NCBI GenBank assembly: GCA_964411375.1
Contig: CAYPKR010000001.1
Span: 40,227 to 104,226 of the forward strand
Source: an uncultured Candidatus Saccharibacteria bacterium
GTDB taxonomy: Bacteria; Patescibacteriota; Minisyncoccia; Phycocordibacterales; UBA12088
Reading direction: 5' to 3'
Length of the DNA: 64,000 nucleotides
Shown: positions 36,187 to 44,688 of the stretch, piece by piece
Layout: every line of letters begins with the position of its first letter
How positions within the stretch are numbered: position 1 is the first letter of the stretch
Program-made: the position numbers and the translations under genes
Notes under the pieces: model-generated
Told to the model about the DNA's origin: nothing
Databases searched by the model: none
Seen by the model: only the letters and a program-made list of their open reading frames with translations

Positions 36187-37065
36187 CTAGAAGCCGGTAG
36201 CAGCCGTCGTAATATCTGTGCCGTATCCGAGATCCTTGAATACCATGGTGTAGCCGCTTGAGCCTGTGGGTATCTCAAAGCCAAGGCTGCCTGTGACGGT
36301 TGCATGAGGCTGAAGCGTGAACGTTGGCATTTTCGCATCGGTGAGCACCATGGTGTATGTGGCTCCGGCAGCGTCTTTGAGGTAGAAGAAGAATTCACTG
36401 CACTGTGTTTCTCCACCATCGAGCGCATGACACGTGAGAGGTTTGTCGCCATTGTTGGTGATTGAGACATCGACACGAACTCTCTCGTGTCCTTCTTGAG
36501 GAGTCGAGCCATACTTTTCAGTGTATGGACGTTTGTACCCAGTTACCTTGAGAGAAATGTTCTCGAAGTTCTTTACCTGCGAGATAACGTTGGCGATACT
36601 CGAGCGGAAACACCAGCTGGTGCCAGATTTCTCGAGTGTCATGAGTTGAGTTTCGCTTTTACCGTCAGAGGTATTTTCAACGAGCTGAACCGATGCACCA
36701 TTGTTTTCTTCCAGAACACTCTTGATTTCAAAGTTGGTAAGACGCGTTGCACCCCATATGTTGGTGAGAGCTTTTACATATTCAGTCTTGGTTGCACCCG
36801 TCCTGTCTTGCGGACAGACGAGGTCGTACATCTTGGCGAAATCGCGCTGCTGCGTGTACCGCTCTACCTTGGTTGCGAAGGCAGAAGCGGATGACTGTTC
36901 ACTGTCGGTCAGCTCGCCATCTTGCACCTCTCTGGCAGCAACTTCAGAGTTAGTGGTATCGGTAACTTGATCAGTACGTGAGGCGCTATTGGACCACCAA
37001 TACACACCTCCGCCAAGAACCATAATTGCAACAATTACTGCTGCTATCCAATGGGCTTTATCCAT
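36187..37065 (-). CDS. membrane-anchored DUF4352-like protein
   Basis: N-terminal TM (WIAAVIVAIMVLGGGVYWW), then Ser/Thr/Glu-rich linker, then a beta-rich C-terminal domain (VRVDVSITNNGDKPL). Confidence 0.55.
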   Translation of the reverse strand: MDKAHWIAAVIVAIMVLGGGVYWWSNSASRTDQVTDTTNSEVAAREVQDGELTDSEQSSASAFATKVERYTQQRDFAKMYDLVCPQDRTGATKTEYVKALTNIWGATRLTNFEIKSVLEENNGASVQLVENTSDGKSETQLMTLEKSGTSWCFRSSIANVISQVKNFENISLKVTGYKRPYTEKYGSTPQEGHERVRVDVSITNNGDKPLTCHALDGGETQCSEFFFYLKDAAGATYTMVLTDAKMPTFTLQPHATVTGSLGFEIPTGSSGYTMVFKDLGYGTDITTAATGF

Positions 37066-37229
37066 AGTTTAAAGGGTTTTTATTGACTAATAACGGACCC
37101 TAGTGTTCCTAGCTTAGTTTCGGAGAGTTGCGAAGGGGGTTACCAACAGCGCCCTTTTGAGGCGCAATTTGAGCATAACATAAATATCTAAAGTTTGGAT
37201 ATTCAGTTCTTGGATAGACGCTTAATGGT

Positions 37230-37448
37230 ATGGGAAAGTCTATCCATACCAAGGAGTACAAAATATTTGTTGAGCGTTTGAGAAAGGCACGACTTGAAGC
37301 AGGTCTTACGCAGGTAGAAGCCGCAAAGAAATTAGGTCGCCCTCAATCTCATATCTCCAACGTTGAGACCGGACAGCAACGGGTAGATATCGTGGAGCTT
37401 AAACGGTTCGCGAACCTCTACGGAAAGAGCGTCAGCTATTTCCTCTAA
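37230..37448 (+). CDS. XRE-family HTH transcriptional regulator
   Basis: LRKARLEAGLTQVEAAKKLGRPQSHISNVETGQQ matches HTH_3. Confidence 0.8.
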   Translation: MGKSIHTKEYKIFVERLRKARLEAGLTQVEAAKKLGRPQSHISNVETGQQRVDIVELKRFANLYGKSVSYFL

Positions 37449-37469
37449 ACAACCGCCCCTCTAAGGGGC

Positions 37470-38000
37470 CTAGGCCTCTTTGATTGAAAGCCGTGGCAAT
37501 GCACTAAGCGCACGGATGCTCTCAAATACCGCAACAAGAGCGGTTGTGTACAACACATCGCCAACAAGCATATTTCTTAAAAATGGAAGTCCCAGTTCAT
37601 ACGAGTATAGAAGTCCAGAAATGGACTTCTCATACCATGGAGAGAACGCCCACACCGCACCGTTGGTAATTAAGAAGAAGATAAGTGAGGCTCCGATTAT
37701 TGATAATCCGACGGGCAATAAAGTTCGATATCTTGCAGCAACAAAACTAAGAAGACCAATCAAGACAAATGATCCGTACACTGAGAACAATATTTTCCAA
37801 TCGTAGAATCCGATGAGCACATCAGAGAGAAGAAGCATGAGTATTGGCAGTAGAATCGCCCATTTCCTGCCGAGGTACAAACTCCCAGTAAATGCTATTG
37901 CTGTGATCGGCGTCATATTCGGCGCATGAGGTAAAAGTCGCACGACAATACCGAAGAGAATAAGGATGCATGTTGTTATGATGATATTGTTCTTATTCAT
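37470..38000 (-). CDS. integral membrane protein, possibly ECF-type S component
   Basis: 176 aa, 5-6 TM. Adjacent to DUF4430 and a B12 adenosyltransferase. Confidence 0.4.
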   Translation of the reverse strand: MNKNNIIITTCILILFGIVVRLLPHAPNMTPITAIAFTGSLYLGRKWAILLPILMLLLSDVLIGFYDWKILFSVYGSFVLIGLLSFVAARYRTLLPVGLSIIGASLIFFLITNGAVWAFSPWYEKSISGLLYSYELGLPFLRNMLVGDVLYTTALVAVFESIRALSALPRLSIKEA

Positions 38001-38007
38001 AATTTGA

Positions 38008-38451
38008 CTAGAACTCTGATTTATCGAAATACCATTCGATTGCGTCTCCGCCTTTGACCTGCAATTTGTCCGCCCCGACTTGCGGCATTACTCCGTTCAC
38101 TCTGTACTGCCAATACTCATCATTCACCCCATTCGTTTTATTGCCGATGCTTTCGACAAGTGTTCCGAGCCCGGAATACTCTTTTGTTATGAGTCGTACT
38201 TCTTCTTGCTGAGTATCGAGTTGTTGTAGTATCTCAAGCACAGTTTTAGGAGAAGAAAACTGGACGCTCTTATCAACATAGAGCCCATCAATCGTTACGG
38301 TAACGGTTTGTGTTTGCGTCTGCGTCTGTGAAGATCCTTGTTCTGGCCCCTTGGCAATCTCAATACGGTCTATGGTTGCAGAAATCCCAAAAAGAAGCGC
38401 TGCAACAATAGCTCCTACCCCTACTATTTGCCAAATTGTTTTCTTGCTCAT
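38008..38451 (-). CDS. DUF4430-domain protein (B12-associated)
   Basis: N-terminal TM plus a C-terminal pattern resembling DUF4430 (EYWQYRVNGVMPQVGADKLQVKGGDAIEWYF). Confidence 0.55.
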   Translation of the reverse strand: MSKKTIWQIVGVGAIVAALLFGISATIDRIEIAKGPEQGSSQTQTQTQTVTVTIDGLYVDKSVQFSSPKTVLEILQQLDTQQEEVRLITKEYSGLGTLVESIGNKTNGVNDEYWQYRVNGVMPQVGADKLQVKGGDAIEWYFDKSEF

Positions 38452-38464
38452 AATTTTATAGATA

Positions 38465-38998
38465 CTAATAAGATGGCGATGCCTCTTTTATTTCTTCTTT
38501 TGCTGCCGCATACCGTGCAAGTGTGTACAGAAGGCTTGAGAGACGATTTAGGTATGCGAGCGATTCGCGGGACACCTTTTGTTTTGTAGCCAATGCAATC
38601 ACGGACCGCTCTGCACGTCGCGTAACTGTTCGGGCATAATCAAGAAAGGCCGATATCGCTGTTGCGCCCGGAATCACAAAAGCATGCGGATTGCCAATAA
38701 TGGTTTCAATGTGATCGATAACATTCTCAAGAGCTCCTACACGCACTTTATCAATTTGCTTGTCTGATCCGGCAAGCTCCGCTTGGATGATAAAAAGTGC
38801 TTCCTGCGCATCTCGAATCTCCTTCTGGAAAGATATCTCGCCAGTTGTTCCAGCCGCGAACAGCCTGCATATGCCCAAAAGGGAGTTAAGTTCATCGAGC
38901 GTACCGAGGGCGTCATACACGAGACTGTTCTTTGGAAGTCGTTTTTTGGTTCCAAAGAGTCCTGACGCTCCATTGTCTCCTTTGCGAGTGTACAGCAT
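38465..38998 (-). CDS. ATP:cob(I)alamin adenosyltransferase, PduO type
   Basis: MLYTRKGDNGASGLFGTKKRLPKNSLVYDALGTLDELNS matches the PduO/MMAB N-terminal signature. Confidence 0.85.
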   Translation of the reverse strand: MLYTRKGDNGASGLFGTKKRLPKNSLVYDALGTLDELNSLLGICRLFAAGTTGEISFQKEIRDAQEALFIIQAELAGSDKQIDKVRVGALENVIDHIETIIGNPHAFVIPGATAISAFLDYARTVTRRAERSVIALATKQKVSRESLAYLNRLSSLLYTLARYAAAKEEIKEASPSY

Positions 38999-39003
38999 GT
39001 TGT

Positions 39004-41340
39004 TTAATGCGCCGCAACGGCTTCAGACACTTCAATTGGTAGTGTGATGTCGATCTCGCATGTGCCACCAGCACAAGCAAGTTCGCGCTTTTGTTCCGTC
39101 TCGTCGGCATGTTCATATACAAGCAATTTCGAGTAATCAACGGTGGGTAATTTTGCTGCCATCTCGTCGTGTTGCTTTTTAGTAATAGTCTCGTATGGTG
39201 CAAGACGGTAAATGTGGTCAAATCGCGGAAGGAAGGAAAGTCCGCCAATGATGTCCCAATTCTTTTGTATCCAATCAACGACGCCGATCCACTCATCTTC
39301 ACCCACGGATATTGTCGCGGAAGGGTTGTGTTCTGTGTAATTAAGTTTTACCGTTTTCCAATATTCCAGTTGCTCAAGCGCAGAGAAGTCATCCTTAAAT
39401 TTGGCATCCCCGGGAGACTCAATTGGGAATTCTAGAACGAACGTCGTTGCGGTCTCTTCTGTCTGTCCAACTTCGGGGTGGTATGGAATACCTTGGTCTT
39501 TCAGCATTTTGAACAAAGAGTCGGTCGCCGATATGCGTACGCGGCGAATGTAGTATTTTGCGTGGCGCGGGTGGATGCCGGAAGAGCAATTGAATGTCTG
39601 TGAGACGGTGCCCGAAGGCTTTACGGCAGTAACCGAAAGAGAAGGTTTAATCCCAAAACGTTGAGCATATACTACGTTAGTTTTGACAGCCATATCACGC
39701 ATGGCTCGCATGGTCTCTGGATTGCGTGCGGCTTCAGAATCCCATTGACCTGTTACGGAAACGCCCAAAAGACGCTCCTCCTCACAATGCTTCGTCCAAT
39801 CTTTAGAGATGTAGTTAAAGCGGGATAATGAGGATTGATACGTTCCAAGGAGTGACGCCAAGCGCGCCTTTCGCACTAGACTCTCGTGAGTATCGTTTGC
39901 ACGAGCAATGATTTCTGAGAGATTGCAGAATTGTTTCGATTGCAGGATAATCTCGCCGCACGGGTTTGTACCAATGGGACCTTGCACCACGCCGCCTTCG
40001 TCGATAAATCCAACACTCTTAAAGTATTTTTCTCGCCGCTTTGGCAGGGTGTTTATAAGTGATCCACGATTAAAGATACCTCGCTCTCCGGAACCGCTCT
40101 TCATGAGAGCTACCCACTCCTCCATAAGCTCGTTGCTCGTTGGTCTGGTTCCATACACGGCAGAATTATTGGCGACGGAGCGATGAGGCTCGGTAAGGAA
40201 AAACTGGCCCTTTTTCGCGTCACGCATGTCTGCATCATCCAAGTCAGAGAGGCTAATCATGGCAGTTCGACGTACGCCCCCCGACACCACACATTCGCCG
40301 ATCTTGCAGATAATGTCGTGGACATCTATCGAGCGTAGCCGCCTACCTTGCCGTTTCAATATCTTTTCTCGTGCAAACGCAAGGAGCGACCGAAGCGGTT
40401 CTGGACCAGATGCCTTGCCTCCCATGGTTTTAAGTCGTGCACCTGCAGGACGGACGAGGGAAAAATCAAATTCGATATCCTTTCCTGCGTACCATGTCTT
40501 GAGTCCTAGAGTTAATGCGTCACACCAGCCCTCCTTCGAGTCTGCCACGACGTGAGCTGGTAATTTTTTCTGGATTTGCTTTTGTATCTGCGGCAGTTGT
40601 TCAATATTCTGGCTTTCAACCGCGAACCCCACGCCACATCCTTGCATAGACAGGTACATGATCTCCGCGAAATCCCCTAAAGCCGTTGGCGCGATAAACG
40701 TGCAGTTATACGCACAGGTATTACAGCGTCGTGCAGGTTCGCCTGCAAACTGCATAAGACGCATCGATGGCATAACTTCTTGCTTCAAAACTGCCTCCCG
40801 CACCTCTGCGTATTCTCCCTCTGAAAGTTTCTCCCCAATATTTTCGCGCATAAATGCCATGTATCGGTCAACTGTTTCGAGCCATGTCTCGCGGCGTTTT
40901 TCAGTGTCAATCCAACGGGCATAGGTACGGAGATAGACAAACTCGCCAAGAGGGTTCCCCTCAAAATATTTCTTGCTCTCGACAGTGAGAGCGCGAACAT
41001 GGTCAGGAACCTCACCGAACTCAGATCGTTTCTCCGCTCGTTCCGCTCGGTACAGGATGTATGCCTTAGCAGATTTAAGAAAGCCCAAAAGCATCAGTCC
41101 TGTCTCCACTTCATCCTGCACCTCCTCAACAGTTGGGGTAAAGTGCTCATCTGCAAGTCTCTTTGCGTCGAGTCTTTTTTCAACTGCCCGAGCAACTGTC
41201 TCAGCAGCACTTTCTTCAAACTCGCCAACCGATTTCATTGCCTTGCCAACCGCAATTACAATCTTTCCTCTTTCAAAGGGAACGGTAGCGCCGTTGCGTT
41301 TTATGATGGTAGTAAGTTTGGGAGAAGTGGATTGCGACAT
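39004..41340 (-). CDS. nrdJ: ribonucleotide reductase, class II (adenosylcobalamin-dependent) with N-terminal ATP-cone
   Basis: ATP-cone VIKRNGATVPFERGKIVIAVGKA. Active-site TNPCGEIILQSKQFCNLSEI. C-terminal CxxC (CAGGTCEID). 778 aa. Confidence 0.85.
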   Translation of the reverse strand: MSQSTSPKLTTIIKRNGATVPFERGKIVIAVGKAMKSVGEFEESAAETVARAVEKRLDAKRLADEHFTPTVEEVQDEVETGLMLLGFLKSAKAYILYRAERAEKRSEFGEVPDHVRALTVESKKYFEGNPLGEFVYLRTYARWIDTEKRRETWLETVDRYMAFMRENIGEKLSEGEYAEVREAVLKQEVMPSMRLMQFAGEPARRCNTCAYNCTFIAPTALGDFAEIMYLSMQGCGVGFAVESQNIEQLPQIQKQIQKKLPAHVVADSKEGWCDALTLGLKTWYAGKDIEFDFSLVRPAGARLKTMGGKASGPEPLRSLLAFAREKILKRQGRRLRSIDVHDIICKIGECVVSGGVRRTAMISLSDLDDADMRDAKKGQFFLTEPHRSVANNSAVYGTRPTSNELMEEWVALMKSGSGERGIFNRGSLINTLPKRREKYFKSVGFIDEGGVVQGPIGTNPCGEIILQSKQFCNLSEIIARANDTHESLVRKARLASLLGTYQSSLSRFNYISKDWTKHCEEERLLGVSVTGQWDSEAARNPETMRAMRDMAVKTNVVYAQRFGIKPSLSVTAVKPSGTVSQTFNCSSGIHPRHAKYYIRRVRISATDSLFKMLKDQGIPYHPEVGQTEETATTFVLEFPIESPGDAKFKDDFSALEQLEYWKTVKLNYTEHNPSATISVGEDEWIGVVDWIQKNWDIIGGLSFLPRFDHIYRLAPYETITKKQHDEMAAKLPTVDYSKLLVYEHADETEQKRELACAGGTCEIDITLPIEVSEAVAAH

Positions 41341-41397
41341 ACAGATAGATGCGTTATATTGATAATGGTCTATGCATTTTAATATAGATGACCATCT

Positions 41398-41769
41398 ATG
41401 AGTAAGAAAAAACTGGGGAAAAGAGTCGGCGGAAAGAATAGCGACACGAAAAAAGATGAGCGTACATACCCTCGGCCTACATGGGTGCCCAAAACCGTAT
41501 CAGGCGAGGAGGAATTGTGCCCAGATTGCTTCAAAGTCGTCGGGGAAAGGAGCCGCTACAATCTTGTGTGCATGCTCGGCAAGGCCAAAGAAGGCATGAC
41601 TGTGACTGAACTGACTGAAAAAATGAACCTGCGCCAGCCTACCATTACGCACCACCTTCAGACGCTGCACTCCGTTGATGCCGTTGAAATCGAGCCGCGG
41701 GGGCGGGAGCGAATCTATAAGCTCAACCGGGACGCACACTGCTTTGAAGAGTGTAAAATTCCTTATTAA
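41398..41769 (+). CDS. ArsR/SmtB-family transcriptional regulator
   Basis: ELTEKMNLRQPTITHHLQTLHSVDAVEIEPRGRERIYKL matches the ArsR HTH. Upstream CPDC pair. Confidence 0.75.
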   Translation: MSKKKLGKRVGGKNSDTKKDERTYPRPTWVPKTVSGEEELCPDCFKVVGERSRYNLVCMLGKAKEGMTVTELTEKMNLRQPTITHHLQTLHSVDAVEIEPRGRERIYKLNRDAHCFEECKIPY

Positions 41770-41774
41770 GGTCT

Positions 41775-42995
41775 ATGGAAATTCTTTCGTTTCTTTGGCA
41801 ATATCTCGTTGAAGGTTTTGGACTCTTAATAGCCTATGTCTTTGCAGGTGTTTTTATCTTTCTCGTGTTGCGCCAGTTCCACTCATGGAAAATAACAGCT
41901 GCACTGGTTGCAATCTTTATTGGTGTCTCTATTGCTTTTTATGTGCCGAATGGCATTCCGCATGCGTTTGAGTATCCGTTCGGCTTGCGAACCTTCGGTC
42001 CCTCTACTGGACCTGTGCTCCCATTCACAAACGTAATTGGGTTCTTGAGAAACTTCAACTCATTTGAAAGTGTAGCGAATGTTGCTCGCGACCCTAACGA
42101 TGTGTCACAGATAGCTGCGCGTGATGCTGAAGGAGTAGTTGAAATCAATCTCACTGCCAAGGAGGTCATTGGCGAGATGGCTGATGGGGTGACTTTCAAC
42201 TACTGGACCTTTGATGGATCGGTACCGGGCCCGTTTCTGCGCGTACGCGAAGGAGATACTGTCCGTCTTACACTCACGAACGATCCAACAAGTTTGCACC
42301 ACCACTCTATAGACCTTCACGCTGTCACTGGTCCTGGGGGCGGCGCAGCAGCTACTATTGTTGCTCCGGGAGAGAGCAAGACAATAACGTTCAAGGCGTT
42401 AAACCCGGGAATCTTTATCTATCACTGCGCTCATCCGAACGTTGCCAACCACATGGCGCATGGGATGTACGGGCTCATCCTTGTTGAACCTGAAGGAGGG
42501 CTACCCCCCGTCGATAAAGAGTTCTACGTTGTACAGGGAGAATTCTACAGTTCCGGCTCTCTCGGACGCAAAGGCTTGCAACTTTTTGACCCGCAAGCAA
42601 TGCTCGACGGTAAGCCGCAGTATGTGGTTTTCAATGGGAAGACCGGCGCACTTGTTGGGAATATGAATGTGGACGTCGGCGACACAGTACGTTTCTATGT
42701 CGGGAACGGCGGCGTCAATCTCATTTCCAGTTTCCATGTCATTGGTGAAATCTTCGATCGGGTTTACCGAGAGGGAGATTTAGTGAGTGTTCCCGCCCAA
42801 AGTGTGCAGACCACCCTTATCCCTGCAGGAGGCGCAGCAGCGGTTGAATTTAAGGTCGATTACCCCGGCAATTACATCCTTGTCGACCACGCGCTTTCCC
42901 GGCTTGATCGCGGGGCGTGGGGAGTGCTGCAAGTGAAAGGCGAGGCAAATCCGGCTATTTTTGAGGGGGAGATACAGAGCGGCCACGGACATTAG
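41775..42995 (+). CDS. copper-containing nitrite reductase-like multicopper oxidase (NirK-like), membrane-anchored
   Basis: Type-1/type-2 Cu ligand pattern LHHHSIDLHAVTGPGGGAA and IYHCAHPNVANHMAHGMYGLILVEP. N-terminal TM helices. Confidence 0.7.
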   Translation: MEILSFLWQYLVEGFGLLIAYVFAGVFIFLVLRQFHSWKITAALVAIFIGVSIAFYVPNGIPHAFEYPFGLRTFGPSTGPVLPFTNVIGFLRNFNSFESVANVARDPNDVSQIAARDAEGVVEINLTAKEVIGEMADGVTFNYWTFDGSVPGPFLRVREGDTVRLTLTNDPTSLHHHSIDLHAVTGPGGGAAATIVAPGESKTITFKALNPGIFIYHCAHPNVANHMAHGMYGLILVEPEGGLPPVDKEFYVVQGEFYSSGSLGRKGLQLFDPQAMLDGKPQYVVFNGKTGALVGNMNVDVGDTVRFYVGNGGVNLISSFHVIGEIFDRVYREGDLVSVPAQSVQTTLIPAGGAAAVEFKVDYPGNYILVDHALSRLDRGAWGVLQVKGEANPAIFEGEIQSGHGH

Positions 42996-43008
42996 GGAAT
43001 CAAGGCTA

Positions 43009-43075
43009 AAGTTACCAACTCCAGGGGTCTCGGGACGCTCTGGACTCCTAGGGCGGTCTGCGTCATTCCTTGTGT
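43009..43075 (+). repeat. imperfect direct repeat copy B (AAGTTACCAACTCC...TAGGGCGGTCTGCGTCATTCCTTGTG), 62 bp upstream of the serine recombinase
   Basis: See copy A at 35995-36045. Contains a 26-nt insertion relative to copy A. Confidence 0.6.
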
Positions 43076-44410
43076 TGTATGGAAAACATAGCAACATCAA
43101 GGGTGAACCTCGGCGTGAGGCAGGCTGGGCCAGCACCCATTATCAAGTACTGCCTCTATGCGAGAAAAAGTACGGAGTCAGAGGAACGCCAAATCCTCTC
43201 AATAGACAGTCAGATTAAGGAGATGATTCAGCTCGCCGAGCGCGAGGGCCTTGAGATAGTCGAAATCAAGAGAGAATCACATTCGGCGAAAGAGACAGGA
43301 CAACGTCCAGTCTTCAACGAAATTATCGACGAAATCCGGCAAGGTAAATTCACAGGAATACTCACTTGGGCACCAGACCGTATCAGTAGAAATGCTGGAG
43401 ACCTCGGAAAAATAGTCGACCTCATGGACGCCAAGCTCTTGATAGAGATACGCACCTTCGGGCAACGATTTACGAATAGCCCGAGTGAGAAATTCTTACT
43501 GATGATATTAGGAAGTCAGGCGAAACTTGAGAATGATAACCGAGGTATCAACGTAAAGCGTGGATTGCGAACGAGAGTTGAGATGGGATTGTGGCCTGGA
43601 GTCGCACCGCTTGGATACCTGAATCAAAAGTTGATGGACAAGAAGTGTCAGATTGCGGTCGATACAGCACGGGCACCGATAGTGAAGAAAATGTTCGAGA
43701 AGGTCGCCTACGAACATTACTCAGGCAGAAAGATTTACAACTGGTTAAAGTTTGAACTGAACTTTCATACACGAGGAAATAAGCCACTGACACTCAGTGG
43801 TGTGTATCGTATGCTCGACAATCCGTTCTACTACGGACCATTTGAATATCCACGAGATAGCGGAAACTGGTATCAAGGAAGACATACGCCACTCATCACT
43901 CAAGAGTTATTTGAGAAAGCTCAAGCACAACTAAAGCGTGACAAGATAGTGCGCGAGAATAAAGAGTTCGCCTTCACTAAATTATTTACCTGCGGATACT
44001 GTGGGTCAGGGATATCAGCGGAAGAAAAATGGAAACCGCTCAAAGATGGAACGTCAGCACACTATATTTACTACGGCTGTAGTCGAGCGAGAGACCGTAA
44101 CTGCAAAAATAAATACATTCGAGAAGAAGAACTCATTGACAATCTTCTCAAGATTATGGATGTAGTGAACATCAACGAGCTTGGCATGAGACAGAAGCTT
44201 GAAGATGAAATACGGCGATTCAACAAATTGCAGAAGATAGTGAACGGAAAGAGTGGTAACTCACTAGTGGAAGAAGACGACGTAAACATCAGACAATATG
44301 CTAAGTACCTACTCAAAGAAGGGAGTACATCAGACAAGCGAGAATTACTGGCAAATCTACGAAGCAGACTGAACTACAAAGACAAAAAGATAACGATGAT
44401 TGAGGAGTAG
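43070..44410 (+). CDS. large serine recombinase (resolvase/invertase N-domain, recombinase domain, zinc ribbon)
   Basis: Catalytic YARKSTESEERQ(S), ILTWAPDRISRN, and C-terminal CGYCGS...YYGCSRARDRNCKNK. Confidence 0.9.
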   Translation: MCCMENIATSRVNLGVRQAGPAPIIKYCLYARKSTESEERQILSIDSQIKEMIQLAEREGLEIVEIKRESHSAKETGQRPVFNEIIDEIRQGKFTGILTWAPDRISRNAGDLGKIVDLMDAKLLIEIRTFGQRFTNSPSEKFLLMILGSQAKLENDNRGINVKRGLRTRVEMGLWPGVAPLGYLNQKLMDKKCQIAVDTARAPIVKKMFEKVAYEHYSGRKIYNWLKFELNFHTRGNKPLTLSGVYRMLDNPFYYGPFEYPRDSGNWYQGRHTPLITQELFEKAQAQLKRDKIVRENKEFAFTKLFTCGYCGSGISAEEKWKPLKDGTSAHYIYYGCSRARDRNCKNKYIREEELIDNLLKIMDVVNINELGMRQKLEDEIRRFNKLQKIVNGKSGNSLVEEDDVNIRQYAKYLLKEGSTSDKRELLANLRSRLNYKDKKITMIEE

Positions 44411-44413
44411 AGA

Positions 44414-44448
44414 AAACAAAAACAGCGAACAAAATTCGCTGTTTTTGT
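44414..44448 (+). terminator. intrinsic terminator after the recombinase
   Basis: AAAAACAGCGAACAAAATTCGCTGTTTTTGTT. Confidence 0.8.
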
Positions 44449-44518
44449 TACAACTTTTTAGGCACTCGGGTCACAGCTTACTCGCTATTACTCGGGTCAT
44501 GCCGATAAGAAATTGTCT

Positions 44519-44606
44519 TGGCGGAGGGAGAGGGATTCGAACCCTCGGTACCTTGCGGCACTCCTGTTTTCAAGACAGGTGCACTCGACCACTATGCGAT
44601 CCCTCC
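44519..44606 (-). tRNA. tRNA-Ser (TGA), long variable arm, CCA encoded
   Basis: Reverse complement GGAGGGATCGCATAGTGGTCGAGTGCACCTGTCTTGAAAACAGGAGTGCCGCAAGGTACCGAGGGTTCGAATCCCTCTCCCTCCGCCA. Confidence 0.9.
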
Positions 44607-44688
44607 TCTTTTCTTTGTCTCGACAGACTATCGGAGACTGGCAAACTATGCAACATTCGTATATTTCCAAGTCTGCTAAAATAGCCGA

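Larger units (their letters stand above)
26666..44606. mobile_element. putative mosaic genomic island (defence gene, phage-derived methyltransferase/terminase module, repeat-flanked metabolic cargo, serine recombinase, tRNA-Ser)
   Basis: Gene content only. Boundaries are provisional. The left edge is set at a 540-bp noncoding stretch after ruvX, and the right edge at tRNA-Ser next to the serine recombinase. Confidence 0.35.
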
